Shown here piece by piece: positions 61,439 to 64,000 of a stretch of 64,000 nt of DNA (positions are counted from its first letter, which is position 1; each line of letters begins with the position of its first letter). The notes under the pieces were generated by a model. That model was not told where the DNA came from. It searched no databases and worked only from the letters and a program-made list of their open reading frames with translations. The DNA comes from an uncultured Gemmatimonadales bacterium (GTDB lineage Bacteria; Gemmatimonadota; Gemmatimonadetes; Gemmatimonadales; Gemmatimonadaceae), in the NCBI GenBank assembly GCA_963707505.1, contig CAVPQB010000004.1:1152001-1216000 (forward strand), in the 5' to 3' direction. Made by a program: the position numbers and the translations under genes.

Positions 61439-61589
61439 CTCGATCACCACGACGACCTAGCTGACGTGGTTCCCGCTTTTTCCCTGTTGCCCACCGGGAG
61501 AAAAACCGGGACGTCGTCCGCGGGCCCAGGCACGGACTGAGGGCAACGGGACGGCGAGCATGAGAACACTGCGCAAGTTGTTCATCGCG

Positions 61590-62141
61590 CTAGAACGCCA
61601 CGCCGAGCACCAGGCGCGCGGTGGGAAGCCCATCAGCGGAACCGGAAGTCTTGCTACCGAATAGGCGTTTTGCACCGAATCCCGTTCCAACGACGAACCG
61701 CCGCGATGGTCCGAGCAGCCAATTGTAGTCCAGCTCGAAACCGGCGGTGGGACGGTTCGTCGCGCTGTTATCGCACACGTCGAAACACAGGAGGTCACCG
61801 CTTACGTGCGTGATGCCGGCGGAGATGGCGACGGAAAATCCATCGGGTGCGTGCTCCGAGGGATAGTACCGCACCTTGACTTCACTGGTGACATACTTGA
61901 AATCGCTCGGAGCGAAATATGTCCCGGCAATTCCGACGCTCGCGGTTCGTGACAGCGCGTGCTCGTATTCACCGCTGAAGAAGCTGAAGACGGCTCCAAA
62001 GGGATTGATCACGGCCAGATTTCTTCGCGCGGTATCGGGAGCGACAGCGGCGCCGGACGCTGCCTGCGCATGAACGGTGGACGAAGGGATGACTACGAGT
62101 GCGATGACGAGCGCGAGACGCCTGCAGAGGTTCGTACGCAT
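61590..62141 (-). CDS. Small outer-membrane beta-barrel protein (DUF3575-like)
   Basis: Signal peptide ending VHA-Q, INPFG..GEYE, VRYYP, alternating beta strands, terminal LGVAF. Confidence 0.65.
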   Translation of the reverse strand: MRTNLCRRLALVIALVVIPSSTVHAQAASGAAVAPDTARRNLAVINPFGAVFSFFSGEYEHALSRTASVGIAGTYFAPSDFKYVTSEVKVRYYPSEHAPDGFSVAISAGITHVSGDLLCFDVCDNSATNRPTAGFELDYNWLLGPSRRFVVGTGFGAKRLFGSKTSGSADGLPTARLVLGVAF

Positions 62142-62336
62142 GTATCTCCCTGATGAGGAATGCATCATGATGCGAACACATTCGAGCTGATGTATCACGC
62201 TCGTACGTCAGTCGCCCGAATATAGCAGGCTGCCGCTGGAGTGGTAGCAGGAACAAAAGACGGCGAGTCCTGGCCGCCGCGCGTTACAGTCGCAATCTCG
62301 TGCGGCGCGCGGAGTGCTCATTCATGTCTTGGATCC

Positions 62337-63845
62337 TCATCTCTCCAGCCAGCGTCGAAGCAGGGATGGTTTCGCTCGACTCACACGCGTGCGGCTGAAA
62401 GCGTCAGCTGCCATTTTGATCCCATCGGCCTGGGTGCCGTACGAATGAATGGTATGGGCGATGGTGTGCAGCCCGATGCCGGCGACCATGGCCAGAGTAA
62501 TCTCGTTGATCATCTCGCCCGCATGCCGGGCGACGATGGTCGCGCCGAGTATCCGATCCGTTCTCTCCTTCACGTGAATTTTCACGAAGCCCATCTCATC
62601 ATCGTCGGTGATCGCGCGATCCACATCGTGCATCGGTATGGTGAAGGTCTTGACTGGGATCTTCCGCTCGAGCGCCTGGCGCACATACAGGCCGACGTGC
62701 GCGATTTCCGGATCGGTGTACGTGCACCATGGAATCACCAGTGCGCTGAGGCGCTGGCGGCCGAGACGATAATGCGTTCCGAACCGCAAGGCGCGCGGAC
62801 GCGTCGGCGGTGTGGGTGAACTTGTCCGCGAGGCAGGCATCACCGGCGGCATAGATGCGGCGGTTGCTGGTCCGCAGGAAATCATCGACGTGAACGCCGA
62901 TCGTGTTGTCGTAGGCTCACGCCAGCGGCGTCCAGGTTCGAGCTCGTCGACGTTGGGCACGCGTCCGGTGCCGGTGAGGATGGCATCGACCGCCACGGTG
63001 CTCTTGTCGTCGTCGCTGACGAGATCGACGAGCTTCTGCCCGTGTTCCACGCTCACGCCGACGGCCTTGGCGTTGAGCCGGACCTCGATGCCATCGCGCG
63101 CGAACGAATCCGACAGAATCTGGGCGGCATCGCGTTCTTCCCGGGGCAGGAACAACGGGCGCTCCTGCGCGATGATGGTGCGACGCCGAGGCGGCAGAAC
63201 GCCTGCGCCATCTCGCAGCCGAGCGGACCACCGCCGATGACCAGCAATCGGCGCGGAGCCTCGGTCAGGTCGAAGACGTTCTCGTTGGTGAGATATCCGG
63301 CTTCGGCGAGACCGGGAATCGAGGGCGTGTCGGGCCGCGCTCCAGTGGCGATGAGCGCCTTCTTGAAGCGGAGCTGCGTGCCATCCACCGCCAGCGTGTC
63401 GCTACCGGTAAAGCGCGCATCGCCGAAGAACACATCGACGTTCGCTGCGACCAGCCGGCGCACCGAATCGAGCACGGCTGATGCGCGCGCGGATGCCGCG
63501 CATGCGCTGCATCACGGCGGGGAAATCGACGCGGATGTCGGCCGGCATTTGCGCGCCGTATTGCTCGGCATTGCGCATCTCGGCGTACAGGCGCGATGTG
63601 CGAATGATCGACTTCGACGGCACGCAGCCGACATTCAGGCAATTGCCGCCGAGCAGGCCGTGCTCGATCAGCGCGACTTGTGCGCCCAGCGCTGCCGCTG
63701 CGAACGCAGCGACCAGTCCCGCCGTGCCGCCGCCGATGATCACCAGGCCGTACCGATCCGCCGGCTGCGGATTGCGCCAGTCCGGCGGGCGCACGTTGTC
63801 CAGTCGCTCGTGCTCGGTACGCGTCCTGGTGGATGCGCCACTCAT
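62337..63845 (-). CDS. FAD-dependent pyridine nucleotide-disulfide oxidoreductase, mercuric-reductase-like (several indels)
   Basis: IIGGGTAG, GGNCLNVGCVPSK, IATGARP, IGGGPLGCE, YTDPEIAHVG, ILGATIVA. Confidence 0.85.
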
Positions 63846-63849
63846 CTGT

Positions 63850-64000
63850 CAACGTCAGCCAGCCGCCGCGGAAACCCGCGCGTCGCAAGACCGGCGCCGA
63901 TGTACGGAGCAATTCGCGCATCAGTCGCCAGATCAGCCCAGTGCGATAGTTCTCGATCATCATGACCACGATGCCCTGGTCGAGTCCGAAGTGGCCAGCG
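63850..64000 (-). CDS. Glucoamylase/GH144-like family protein, C-terminal fragment (end approximate)
   Basis: GHFGLDQGIVVMMIENYRTGLIWRLMR..LRRAGFRGGWL; runs off the window end. Confidence 0.65.

Noticed and set aside
61470..61512. Hairpin after tRNA-Arg as att site or element end
   Set aside because: Imperfect stem compatible with an ordinary terminator between convergent genes; no second copy in the window
57683..63845. mer operon made of the MerR regulator and the mercuric-reductase-like gene
   Set aside because: The regulator is the short housekeeping type found before surE and lacks the Hg-binding Cys set; the reductase lacks MerA hallmarks; no merT/merP

Overview
High-GC bacterial chromosomal window made up almost entirely of core genes. 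Gene order and protein types (ADOP permease plus PadR, orphan TonB-plug protein, Bacteroidota-type GlmU-like protein and fused E1) suggest Gemmatimonadota, which is an inference. From left to right: groEL 3' end; PadR/ADOP permease; a minus-strand roadblock-response regulator-manC-glmU-like-MBL hydrolase operon; lipoprotein-serS-histidine kinase-pcrA-gatCAB; DUF948/YtxH-like/Zn-PLC; murA-pgeF-rpsA-acyl-CoA carboxylase genes with an embedded RNA methyltransferase; FadL/SGNH lipase/plug protein; rplM-rpsI-rpsB-tsf-pyrH-frr-cdsA-dxr-(HK)-rseP-rpsO-pnp-M16 peptidase-ald-mreBCD-mrdA-rodA; fused 2-oxoacid dehydrogenase E1; DUF512-der-plsY-gpsA-merR-GT2-surE-pcm-hypothetical; tRNA-Arg(CCT); then accessory-looking genes. 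Many essential genes are frameshifted, in clusters (about 0.5-11.8, 40.6-44.6 and 62.7-64 kb), which is best explained by long-read indel errors. I found no CRISPR array, prophage, transposase or defence system, and no new system is demonstrated. The best leads are: dense D-S/T-x O-glycosylation-like sequons in MreC and other exported proteins; a doubly coupled 17-codon Thr-rich mini-ORF between mreC and mreD; a REP/tandem-repeat composite before rpsB; a two-box PadR operator over a clear promoter; a fosfomycin-resistant-type MurA; and a PopZ-like disordered protein.
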